A DNA stretch of 64,000 nucleotides. It comes from a virus. Position 1 is the first letter of the stretch. Every line of letters starts with the position of its first letter. Location: the IMG/VR virus record IMGVR_UViG_3300050011_000393, positions 1-64,000 of that record; one strand, 5' to 3'. The notes beneath the pieces are model-generated. The model had not been told where the DNA came from, did no database searches, and worked only from the letters and a program-made list of their open reading frames with translations. Position numbers and translations under genes: made by a program. This document shows, piece after piece, positions 55,516 to 63,521 of the stretch.

Positions 55516-55788
55516 GTGACAGATTTCGAGACGCTGGTAATAAAAGAACTTGGCGACATTCGGGCAATCGGCACGGCCACCGCGCAAAGAGTCGAGTCAC
55601 TGGAGAATCGGCTATTCGATGGAAATTCCAGCGTAGTGAGCACTCTGCAGGCCGACATTCAAGAAATTAAAGACGACCGCAAGTCCGATGCACGCTGGAG
55701 TCGAATACACAACGTGGCACATTACAGCTTGACGCCTATCGTAGTTGCTCTCCACGCCATTGCTCGTCATTTTGGAATCGAAATTTAA
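55516..55788 (+). CDS. Coiled-coil protein with C-terminal hydrophobic helix (holin-like)
   Basis: Heptads followed by LTPIVVALHAIA. Confidence 0.45.
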   Translation: MTDFETLVIKELGDIRAIGTATAQRVESLENRLFDGNSSVVSTLQADIQEIKDDRKSDARWSRIHNVAHYSLTPIVVALHAIARHFGIEI

Positions 55789-57146
55789 TTCAAAATTCCC
55801 CAGAATTTGCGCTCGGCGGCAGGCGTTTTAGGCAAACGCTTAACGCTGGTTATATCCGCGCGCACCAAGAAATATCGGCCAGTAGGAAAATTCACCCGGA
55901 CGATTACGCCTTGTCGATCAATCTTCGTCACTGTGCCACAATATTTCGCCGCGTCTCCCGCTAGGATTTCGACAAAATCTCCGCCATGAACCCCCAATAA
56001 AGTTGGGGGATTGTGCCCACCCATCATTTGGAGCACGTCTGCATGTGGAACCTCGACGGCATGCATGAATGTGCCCTCGTCGTCGCAGACTGTAGCCATT
56101 TCTGCAATTCCTCGAATCCGAGTCAATTTGCGCGTCAGAGCGGCCGAGGAACTCCGCGCGAAGATATATCCAAATGCCAGTTCGCCATCGGCGTTCAGCG
56201 GCGCGAAAATTTGCGCGGGCTTCTTGCCGAAAATGCGTTTTCCTTGTTCGCGGAGCGTCGGCATAATTTGCGCCATGCGGTGCTCCGACGAGATCTCCAA
56301 CATGCACCACGGCGTGTCCTCGAGGCTATCGATGCGGCCGAACGACACGAGCGGAGAAGTCTCCAGCGGCGGCGCGGCAAAGCGCATAAATTTGACGCGC
56401 CGGTTTCGTGCCTGGCACCGTTTGCTGAGTCCTGCGCCAGTCAGAGAAGCCTGGTGAGTCAAACTGCGGAGATATGCGCCGACGGCAACGGCCTGTACAT
56501 TCTTGTCCGCAAGAAGTTTCTCGATCACGGGTCGAAAGATTTTACGGACGGCAGGGGTCGGCATAAGGAAATATCGGGCCACGTCCGAATAGTTCTGGGT
56601 CTCGGCATAGGCGACGATCATGTCCGTCAAGGACCCATGTTCCGTGGATTCTACGCCAGCTTTGCGGAGAATAGGTCGCAGAATCTCCGCATCCGGTTTC
56701 ACGCCCAACAAGATCAAGGACCCAATGGACTGTTCGATGATGCGCAAATTTTGCCATACCCTTGTTTGTATAAAGCCGTGAACCTGGCCGATGAAACTCT
56801 GCGATTTGCCCAAGAGCCAATATTCGGCGAACAGCTCCTGAAACTCAGGCCGCAGGCGTTCGAGCAACGGAATTAATTTGTCAGGATAATCACGCGCGAA
56901 CGATTTGAAGTCGATGATGCTGCTACTCTCAGGGAGAGTCTCGGCGGACAGCAGAGGATTCTCTTCATTGCGATTAAAGGCTTCGTAACTCGCAGCGTCA
57001 GAGACGTGGTCCATGTAGGATTGCACGCCCTGGGTACCATCCCCCTTCATGCGCGCTTTGCCGCGTAACCACTTGCCGCCCCAAGCGCCGTAACTTCTCC
57101 GGCCTAACCCCCGAGGTGCCCGCCACCCGCACGAATATGTCTTCAT
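55785..57146 (-). CDS. Sigma-region-4-like/HTH fused to a NusG-like (NGN+KOW) transcription factor
   Basis: LERLRPEFQELF...GKSQSFIGQVHG..QTRV; WCMLEI...FGYIFA...IRGI; GDFVEILAG.AAKYCGTV. Confidence 0.65.
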   Translation of the reverse strand: MKTYSCGWRAPRGLGRRSYGAWGGKWLRGKARMKGDGTQGVQSYMDHVSDAASYEAFNRNEENPLLSAETLPESSSIIDFKSFARDYPDKLIPLLERLRPEFQELFAEYWLLGKSQSFIGQVHGFIQTRVWQNLRIIEQSIGSLILLGVKPDAEILRPILRKAGVESTEHGSLTDMIVAYAETQNYSDVARYFLMPTPAVRKIFRPVIEKLLADKNVQAVAVGAYLRSLTHQASLTGAGLSKRCQARNRRVKFMRFAAPPLETSPLVSFGRIDSLEDTPWCMLEISSEHRMAQIMPTLREQGKRIFGKKPAQIFAPLNADGELAFGYIFARSSSAALTRKLTRIRGIAEMATVCDDEGTFMHAVEVPHADVLQMMGGHNPPTLLGVHGGDFVEILAGDAAKYCGTVTKIDRQGVIVRVNFPTGRYFLVRADITSVKRLPKTPAAERKFWGILN

Positions 57147-57451
57147 AGATTTCTCAGCCCCTTGATTTTCTTCTGTGCGATTTTCCAGTATCGATTTACC
57201 ATTGTTTCAAAAACCGCGCCGTGTTCCAGCAGAGGCTCGGCCACATGTAACATCTCGTGGACCATGGTCTTTCCCCAGCGTTTGTGGCCCGCGTTTATAA
57301 AAATCACGGGGAGCATGAAGTCGTTGTCGAACAAGGTGACACCATTGCAGCGGGGAATCCAGGGGTCGTCAATGACGATGACGACCGCTGACGGGAGATT
57401 ATTCTTCCAAATGATTTTATTGAGTTGCTTGTATGCGGTTTCTGGCCTCAT
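57143..57451 (-). CDS. SprT-like zinc metallopeptidase
   Basis: YKQLN..IW...LP; TMVHEMLH...HGAVF. Confidence 0.75.
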   Translation of the reverse strand: MRPETAYKQLNKIIWKNNLPSAVVIVIDDPWIPRCNGVTLFDNDFMLPVIFINAGHKRWGKTMVHEMLHVAEPLLEHGAVFETMVNRYWKIAQKKIKGLRNL

Positions 57452-57472
57452 GAAAACAAGGGTACTAAAGCA

Positions 57473-57655
57473 CTAGTACCCTGTCAAGTCTTTTTCTTCT
57501 TCGGTAAAATACCGCTCGATGCCGTCGCGATAGCGGCGTTTTACATTGCCCGCCCAGCCTTGTTCTGGGTGCTCGACCACAGCACGCTCTTCCCAGTCGC
57601 GCACTTTACCAGGAAGAGCGGGCGGGAATAGCCAAGATAGGATACGTGCAATCAT
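57473..57655 (-). CDS. Small hypothetical protein
   Basis: Coupled TAATG with the upstream gene. Confidence 0.45.
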   Translation of the reverse strand: MIARILSWLFPPALPGKVRDWEERAVVEHPEQGWAGNVKRRYRDGIERYFTEEEKDLTGY

Positions 57656-58053
57656 TATCGCTTCACAATCGGCTCACGCAGAGAGCCATCTTGCGCGTTA
57701 TCGAAGCGGCCATAACGGAAGCGGTCGCGGACCAGAACTGCGCCGTCGAAGCTCGGGTCGTAAATGTTGCCGCTGACTTTTTTCTTGTCGACCTTGCCGT
57801 AACCCATGATGCCATAGATGATACCAGTGGCGATGTCGACCATGAACGCGCCCGAGCTGCCGATGTCTAGGCGCGCATATTTCTTGCCGAAAAACCCATG
57901 GACCTGGTCGTTGGCGTGGGTGAACCCATGACGGTTGTAGTGATCACAGTTCGCGGCTATCTGCCACGCGGCTAGAATTTCGTTAAACCTATCGCGCTTC
58001 GCTGCAGGAATCCCTGTTGTGATGTTGCTGCTCATTGTGCCCGCTTCGGTCAT
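57655..58053 (-). CDS. Hypothetical early protein
   Basis: GGAGG SD; GKKYARL...FMVD..TG.IY. Confidence 0.6.
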   Translation of the reverse strand: MTEAGTMSSNITTGIPAAKRDRFNEILAAWQIAANCDHYNRHGFTHANDQVHGFFGKKYARLDIGSSGAFMVDIATGIIYGIMGYGKVDKKKVSGNIYDPSFDGAVLVRDRFRYGRFDNAQDGSLREPIVKR

Positions 58054-58100
58054 TGTGATTGCCTCCGTGCGTACAACAATACGAAATTGTACAAAAACAT

Positions 58101-58119
58101 GCAATAGTACGAAAGTACT
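58101..58119. promoter_or_regulatory. GTAC-N4-GTAC operator in a divergent intergenic region
   Basis: GCAATAGTACGAAAGTACT, identical to 61901-61919. Confidence 0.7.
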
Positions 58120-58168
58120 AGTTGACAGATGGTACTCGATGTGGCACCCTGATTGCAGGGGATACCTC

Positions 58169-58513
58169 ATGCGTCTGTTTTGGATTTTATTGTTGGCTCT
58201 TTGTTTGATTGGCTGTGCCCAGTCCAGTCCATCACCGATACCGACTACCCTGACGGTCACCCCGGCTAGTTTGCCCGTGGCGCGCGCTGGGGAGGTCTAT
58301 GCCGTGCAATTAACCGCCATAGGGGGTTCCGCACCATATTCTTGGTCCGTCGCCTCTGGCGGGCTCCCAGTAGGGGTTACGTTAAGTCCTGCAGGGGTCT
58401 TGGCAGGGGTTCCCCAGCAGTCAGGCTCGTTCAATTTCGTCATTCAAGTAACAGATTCGGCTACATCCGTGGCTAAAATTCAAATCAGGGGGAAGAAAGA
58501 TGCAAATTCGTAG
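58169..58513 (+). CDS. Lipoprotein with putative Ig domain
   Basis: Signal ...LIG-C; GGSAPYSW...GLP.G.TLS..G.L.G.P. Confidence 0.75.
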   Translation: MRLFWILLLALCLIGCAQSSPSPIPTTLTVTPASLPVARAGEVYAVQLTAIGGSAPYSWSVASGGLPVGVTLSPAGVLAGVPQQSGSFNFVIQVTDSATSVAKIQIRGKKDANS

Positions 58514-59174
58514 ATGGTTATTCGCGTTTTTTATGCTGGTGTCGTTCGCACTGCCATGGCAGGCGAAGGCCCAGGACAAAGCAACTAAATCGCTGACGCT
58601 GACCGTCAATTCCGGCACAGTGGCAATTTCGACGGCCACGATTCCCGGGGGCATGGTCGGGTTGGCGTATTCCACAACGATTGCCGCGACTGGTGGCCTT
58701 TCGCCATATAATTTCACAGTGACTGCGGGAGCTCTTCCGGCAGGATTGACTCTCGCATCCACCACGGGAATTTTATCCGGAACGCCGACAACCGCAGGGT
58801 CCAGTACATTCACGGTTCAGGTGGTCGACGCCGAAACACCGACCGTCACTGCTACCCAGGCATACACTCTCGTCATTGTGCCTACACTCACGATCACGAC
58901 TTCAACCTTGCCCGCGGCTAACATCGGCGTCAATTACTCGACGACCATCGTGGCCACAGGCGGAGTGAGTCCGTACACATTCGCAGTCACGACAGGCGCG
59001 CTGCCTTCTGGCTTGACACTCTCATCGACGGGTGTAATTTCAGGGACGCCTACTTCTGCGGGATCCTTCTCGTTTACCATCACGGTCACCGACAGCGGGT
59101 CTAACATTGTCCGCTTGGAGATCAAAACAAACATCGAAATCGCGGCGGTCATTACGAAGGGCGACCGCTCGTGA
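58500..59174 (+). CDS. Secreted protein with two putative Ig domains
   Basis: Signal peptide AKA-Q; tandem ATGG.SPY.F.VT.GALP.GLTL...G..SGTPT.AG. Confidence 0.8.
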   Translation: MQIRRWLFAFFMLVSFALPWQAKAQDKATKSLTLTVNSGTVAISTATIPGGMVGLAYSTTIAATGGLSPYNFTVTAGALPAGLTLASTTGILSGTPTTAGSSTFTVQVVDAETPTVTATQAYTLVIVPTLTITTSTLPAANIGVNYSTTIVATGGVSPYTFAVTTGALPSGLTLSSTGVISGTPTSAGSFSFTITVTDSGSNIVRLEIKTNIEIAAVITKGDRS

Positions 59175-59512
59175 AATTGATTCGCACAGGGGTTTTGGCT
59201 CTCGCGTTGCTGGCTTCGGCCAGCGGCGCGGGGGCGCAGGACAAAACAACGCACTCGTATGCAGTCACTGTCGGGCATGTGGTGACCTTATCCTGGACTG
59301 CGTCAACGACCACGGACGTGACCGCCTATAATATTTATGTCAGCGGGACTTCAGGTGGGCCATACACTCGTATTGGGACCACGCCATTGCCGCAGTTTAT
59401 GGATTTAGGTGGAATCGCAGGCACAAAATACTTTTATGTTGTGACGGCGGTTGACGGCAACGGGGAGAGCGCATTTTCGAGCGAAGTCTCGGTCACACTT
59501 CCCACGCCATAA
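59171..59512 (+). CDS. Secreted fibronectin type III-like protein
   Basis: Signal peptide; VTLSWTAS...YNIY...YFYVVTAVD..GES.FS.EV. Confidence 0.8.
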   Translation: MKLIRTGVLALALLASASGAGAQDKTTHSYAVTVGHVVTLSWTASTTTDVTAYNIYVSGTSGGPYTRIGTTPLPQFMDLGGIAGTKYFYVVTAVDGNGESAFSSEVSVTLPTP

Positions 59513-59518
59513 TAGTTC

Positions 59519-59546
59519 TTGACATTGTCCGAGAGTTTGATACCAT
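59519..59546 (+). promoter_or_regulatory. sigma70 promoter for the tmRNA locus
   Basis: TTGACA...TGATACCAT (extended -10). Confidence 0.6.
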
Positions 59547-59552
59547 CAGATT

Positions 59553-60055
59553 TGCCGTTTAAGCGGCTGGTGGAAGGAAATGGTTCCACAAAGAGACTCG
59601 GATTGATGGGACGGTCCTAAAACCATAGGGACGAACAAAGGGATTGATGGTAGGCATCACTCCTAAATCCAACATCACCAGAGTCTCTTTGTGGGGCCGT
59701 TTCGCCCCAAAAGTATAATCGTAGAAAGGCTATTGCTTATCATTCGGACGGGGCTTCGATGCCCCCGGGTCCACCCGAACGCTAGGAAACCGCAAGGAAG
59801 GTCGCCGCAGTGCGGTGGACTCTGAGCACCGTGCCTAGCGTTTCGGTGGGCCCGAATCGGTTTCGACGGATGCATGAGAGGTAGTGCTTATTCGGTTCGT
59901 CACGGACACGACGTTAAACTGTACCAAACAAACAACAGTCAAGCCCACAAAGCTGGCTAAGGTCCTGATGTTTGCGCGTCCTGCGGCATTCGTGCCACAG
60001 GCACTCGCAGCCTAAAGGGCTGGGCGGGAGAGCCCGAAAGGTTCTCCCGTTTTTT
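59553..60055 (+). ncRNA. ssrA: Circularly permuted two-piece tmRNA (5' boundary approximate)
   Basis: 3' tRNA-like end GGACGGGGCTTCGATGCCCCCGGGTCCACC (to 59775) precedes 5' end GGGCCCGAATCGGTTTCGAC (59848); G3:U70; tag ends ALAA* at 60015. Confidence 0.85.
60025..60055 (+). terminator. Rho-independent terminator
   Basis: CGGGAGAGCC-CGAAA-GGTTCTCCCG followed by T6. Confidence 0.8.
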
Positions 60056-60072
60056 AATTTACGGAGGGCTAA

Positions 60073-60303
60073 ATGAGTTCACACAGATTCGACGGATTCA
60101 CCAAAATTAATTCCGGCCATATCGATGGGGCGCAGTACAACGCTATCGACCATAAGATGCGCGTTCGCTATCAAAACGGGTATGTCTACGAGGTTCACGG
60201 AATTTCTTCGGAAGCCTATCAGGATTTTATGGGCGCGCCATCGCAAGGGGAACACTGGCATGCCCACATCAAGGACAATTACCATGTCGTGCGCGTGAGG
60301 TAG
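60073..60303 (+). CDS. KTSC domain protein
   Basis: SGHI...YN......V.YQNG.VYE..G......F..APSQGE......K. Confidence 0.8.
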   Translation: MSSHRFDGFTKINSGHIDGAQYNAIDHKMRVRYQNGYVYEVHGISSEAYQDFMGAPSQGEHWHAHIKDNYHVVRVR

Positions 60304-60460
60304 CGGATTTTTTAGTTATCATCGAGCATTGCGAGTCGCAGAAATGTGCTTCGTTGTCGCAGTTGCAGTGCCACGCCCAGCCGTAGATGCCATCCCACCA
60401 AAAAGGCTGACAACCATCCGCAATCGCCAGTTGGAAAATTTCGTCGTGTATCGTCATCAA
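60269..60460 (-). CDS. Small Cys-rich protein
   Basis: Coupled to the upstream gene; WHCNC...H.CDSQC. Confidence 0.45.
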   Translation of the reverse strand: MMTIHDEIFQLAIADGCQPFWWDGIYGWAWHCNCDNEAHFCDSQCSMITKKSATSRARHGNCP

Positions 60461-60729
60461 TCGTTCTCCGGCCGCGCAAGTTCCCCATAAACCGCAGCGG
60501 GCTGTTCTTCCCGCAAATCTGAAATCACCGCCCGCGCGTGCCGGGTCGTCGGGGAGTCCGGAATTTTGAAGACTCTCGCGGGACGATACTCCGCTATCTC
60601 TACCCGAAAATCGAAAGAGACTTCGGCTCCGCCATCAAGATGCGATATTGCTTTTGCCAATCGAATCCGCATTTCGCTGACGGTGGTCGGGACGCCTCGA
60701 CTGCCTATATTTATGTGCAATTTACTCAT
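60457..60729 (-). CDS. Hypothetical protein
   Basis: ATGA overlaps at both ends; GGAGG SD. Confidence 0.55.
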   Translation of the reverse strand: MSKLHINIGSRGVPTTVSEMRIRLAKAISHLDGGAEVSFDFRVEIAEYRPARVFKIPDSPTTRHARAVISDLREEQPAAVYGELARPEND

Positions 60730-61283
60730 ACGGCCTCCTCGGCGTCACGTTGCGCAGATTCTTTTCGGTTCTTCGGGGCCACGGCTAGGCGAGCTTCGCA
60801 CCGCGCGATGGCCTCTTTTGCGCGGCGAATCTCTCCGCGCCAGTATGAGACGTTCCACGCCCAAGTTCTGTGCTGCTTTTCTTTATACCCAAGGCGTCGC
60901 TTCTCTTCTGCTTCGTGTTCGGCCACGAGGGCTTCCGCCCGGCTAGCTGCCTCATCCGGAAACTGGAACAACTCCGCTTCTTTGGTGTAGCAACTCCCGC
61001 TGCCGATGGCGTAGGTTACTTCGGGGATATATTCAGGCCCTCGCACTTGCACCCCCGTAATGAGGTATGGAACAGCCTCCCCGACGTATTGATACGTCTG
61101 GATACGCCCTGGAGAGCCTTCGTAGCCTCTCTCGCAGCATACGCAGGCGATTGAGACTTCGGAGTCATCCCCGAGGATAACGCGCAGCCTGCCGCTTCCT
61201 AGGCACTCTGGACAGGTAATCCAGACCTGCTTCGAACCTACTCGGGCACAGTAAACCACATCACCGATCTGAAATTTAGTCAT
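60726..61283 (-). CDS. Hypothetical protein with DnaJ-like CxxCxGxG zinc finger
   Basis: MTKFQIGD; CPECLGSG...CVCC; AGGAG SD. Confidence 0.6.
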   Translation of the reverse strand: MTKFQIGDVVYCARVGSKQVWITCPECLGSGRLRVILGDDSEVSIACVCCERGYEGSPGRIQTYQYVGEAVPYLITGVQVRGPEYIPEVTYAIGSGSCYTKEAELFQFPDEAASRAEALVAEHEAEEKRRLGYKEKQHRTWAWNVSYWRGEIRRAKEAIARCEARLAVAPKNRKESAQRDAEEAV

Positions 61284-61291
61284 TTTCGCTC

Positions 61292-61849
61292 CTATGCGAG
61301 TACGAGATTGTCCATGGCATCTTGGGCCATAACACCATCATTTTCTTGTAGATAGACGAAAGCCGAACTCGGAGACTTGTGTCCCAAGAATTCACTGACC
61401 GCGCCGATGCGCTTCGTCACGGCATATACTGCCATGGCGGCACTGTGGCGGAAGACGTGCGAGTGAGCATAGCTGCTGTGAACGCCAGCAACGGCAAAAT
61501 ACCGAACCAGCGTTTCGTTGTAGTACTGGCGGCTGAGTCCGCCGAAGATCTTGGACAGACCCTTGGTCGCCGCCAGGGCGATCAGGGGAGTCATGTCGAC
61601 CGTCGGGTCCTCCGAGATGTGAAGGTTGCGCACGACAACTTTACCGCGCTTGGCTGCGCCGACCCGAACGACCCACTTGCCGTCGCGCTGGAAGATATCT
61701 TCCCCGCGCAGGTCCAGCATCTGGGAGACGCGCGTGCCAGTGTAGAACATCACCAGCATGGCCATGTGGTGCAGGTGGCTCTTCTCGGTCTTGGCTTCTT
61801 GCGCCGCTCGGAAGACTTTTGCCAGGTCGCTCTCGGGTAAGTAATTCAT
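61292..61849 (-). CDS. Minimal tyrosine recombinase (catalytic domain only)
   Basis: TGTRVSQ (R), K, HVFRH (HxxR), LGH, AFVY; AGGAGG SD. Confidence 0.85.
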   Translation of the reverse strand: MNYLPESDLAKVFRAAQEAKTEKSHLHHMAMLVMFYTGTRVSQMLDLRGEDIFQRDGKWVVRVGAAKRGKVVVRNLHISEDPTVDMTPLIALAATKGLSKIFGGLSRQYYNETLVRYFAVAGVHSSYAHSHVFRHSAAMAVYAVTKRIGAVSEFLGHKSPSSAFVYLQENDGVMAQDAMDNLVLA

Positions 61850-61900
61850 GTCAGTTGCCTCCTGAACTGAACCCATTATGGGGGAATGACCTGGCCTAGC

Positions 61901-61919
61901 GCAATAGTACGAAAGTACT
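61901..61919. promoter_or_regulatory. GTAC-N4-GTAC operator upstream of the recombinase
   Basis: GCAATAGTACGAAAGTACT. Confidence 0.7.
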
Positions 61920-61944
61920 GTTTTTCGACTAGTACTAGGGGTGG

Positions 61945-62361
61945 TTACTCTGCCCCTTTTGTCTTGATGAAGTGCTCGATTCTGTTTACGCCTGCGCGCG
62001 CCCTGCCTGCTTGGGATCTGGCTCGAACATACGCCGTTGCGTATTTGGCGGGCCACTCCGAACGAAAGAATAACCGAAGTCTTTGGTTTGCGGTTAGCCC
62101 AAGCGCGCGTGTTGCGAAGATCTCCACGGAATGGCCTGAAGGGAGATCGTCAAAGCTGCTGGGTTTCTTCAAATCGAGTTTGTGCTCGAGGACGTAAGCC
62201 GCTCCAGCCAGACAGCAGGCGGTTCCGCAGAGGGCTTTTTCATCCCCGAGAACAGAAGAGGACTTGGTTGGCTGCAGCCAGTCGGACATGTCAAATCGAC
62301 CTTTTTCTTGCAGGATGAATTTCTGAATCTTTCTCAGCAGCTTTGTATTAATTCCGCTCAT
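61945..62361 (-). CDS. Hypothetical phage protein
   Basis: FDMSDW...CGTACCLAGAA motif; AAGGAG SD. Confidence 0.6.
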   Translation of the reverse strand: MSGINTKLLRKIQKFILQEKGRFDMSDWLQPTKSSSVLGDEKALCGTACCLAGAAYVLEHKLDLKKPSSFDDLPSGHSVEIFATRALGLTANQRLRLFFRSEWPAKYATAYVRARSQAGRARAGVNRIEHFIKTKGAE

Positions 62362-62443
62362 CGTCGTTTCTCCTTTGGTGTGCAAATGACAGCAGTCAAC
62401 AATAACACATGAAAAAAGCAAAGACCATACATTATCAGCATGA

Positions 62444-62857
62444 TTACCGTCTCCCGGCCAACGCTAGAATGCGTGTCGCGTTTTCTCGCTCGATGTAATC
62501 AATAACGATTTTAAGTTCAGCGAGCGTGGCATCACCCTTCACTTCATTGCAGCGGTAACAGATGACGCGGGTGTTTTCCAATGTATATCCTTCTGTGTTT
62601 TCCAGACGGTCGAGCGAGGGAGAACTTCTGCGTCCCTCGATACCTCGCCTCGTTGTGTACACCAGAGGGCGGTGACAACAGGCGCAGTCGAGCAGAGGAG
62701 ACTCTTTAAGGCGATATATTCTATCGTCGAATGGTATATTTTTTGCCCGCGCCCGCATTCTGGCCTGCCCAATCATATTTTGAAGGCGACCTGCGGGCGT
62801 AGCGTGATACCTGTCGCATCGGATGGCGGCTTTCGCCTTGTCTCTCGGGGACCTCAT
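62444..62857 (-). CDS. HNH-like homing endonuclease
   Basis: CACC...SPSLDRLENTEGYTLENTRVICYRCN. Confidence 0.85.
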   Translation of the reverse strand: MRSPRDKAKAAIRCDRYHATPAGRLQNMIGQARMRARAKNIPFDDRIYRLKESPLLDCACCHRPLVYTTRRGIEGRRSSPSLDRLENTEGYTLENTRVICYRCNEVKGDATLAELKIVIDYIERENATRILALAGRR

Positions 62858-63447
62858 GGTTTGTGCGCCAAAGAGAGAATTCGTGAAGCATAACCACCAT
62901 CACATGAATCGCAGCCCACCCCAACGCCGTTGTACCTCTGAATGCCTGCCTGGGTGCCATAACGGTTGATAGAATCAGCCAAAATAGTTGCCCCCGTGCG
63001 CAGGCTGTCATATTTATTGAACAAGTTTACATCATGTCCGAAATCGAACTTCGAGGACCAAATTCGAAGCATGATCTGGGTGAGCCCGACTGCGCCACGA
63101 CTCGACACTGCGTATGGATTGCAGGCGGATTCTGTCGCTACAGTGGCAGCCAGGATTGACGGGTCCAGATTTGTGTCAATTGCGGCTTTCGCAGTCGCCT
63201 CGATCAAATCACTGTCCGCATCTGCGCAGCCCGGGGAACGGCCGAACACTTTTGCGACATCCAGCGGCGCGCTGCGCCAAATGGAATAGGTCAGCAAGGA
63301 TTCCTTCGGGTGCGGCATGTTTCGTAGCAAGATTGGCCGAATGTCTGCAGGCGATGGAAGCAGGTAGTGCCCAGCCACCGCTGGAATGGTGAAAGCCAGC
63401 AAGGGGGCCAACAGAACCAAGATGAGCATCATTTGTTTTGTGCGCAT
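62854..63447 (-). CDS. Lytic transglycosylase (SLT domain) with N-terminal signal/TM
   Basis: ATESACNPYAVSSRGAVGLTQI...RYNG. Confidence 0.85.
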   Translation of the reverse strand: MRTKQMMLILVLLAPLLAFTIPAVAGHYLLPSPADIRPILLRNMPHPKESLLTYSIWRSAPLDVAKVFGRSPGCADADSDLIEATAKAAIDTNLDPSILAATVATESACNPYAVSSRGAVGLTQIMLRIWSSKFDFGHDVNLFNKYDSLRTGATILADSINRYGTQAGIQRYNGVGVGCDSCDGGYASRILSLAHKP

Positions 63448-63521
63448 AGAATTATTCTCCTATGAGGTGAGTGTCCCTCTTTGAAGGCCCGATTGCTCGG
63501 GCCCTCTTAGAGAAGCACTAA

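Noticed and set aside
56013-56876. 287-aa + strand ORF
   Set aside because: Antisense shadow of the NusG-like gene; no motifs
59776-59847. Hammerhead ribozyme in the tmRNA spacer
   Set aside because: The CUGANGA core is absent (CTGAGCA)
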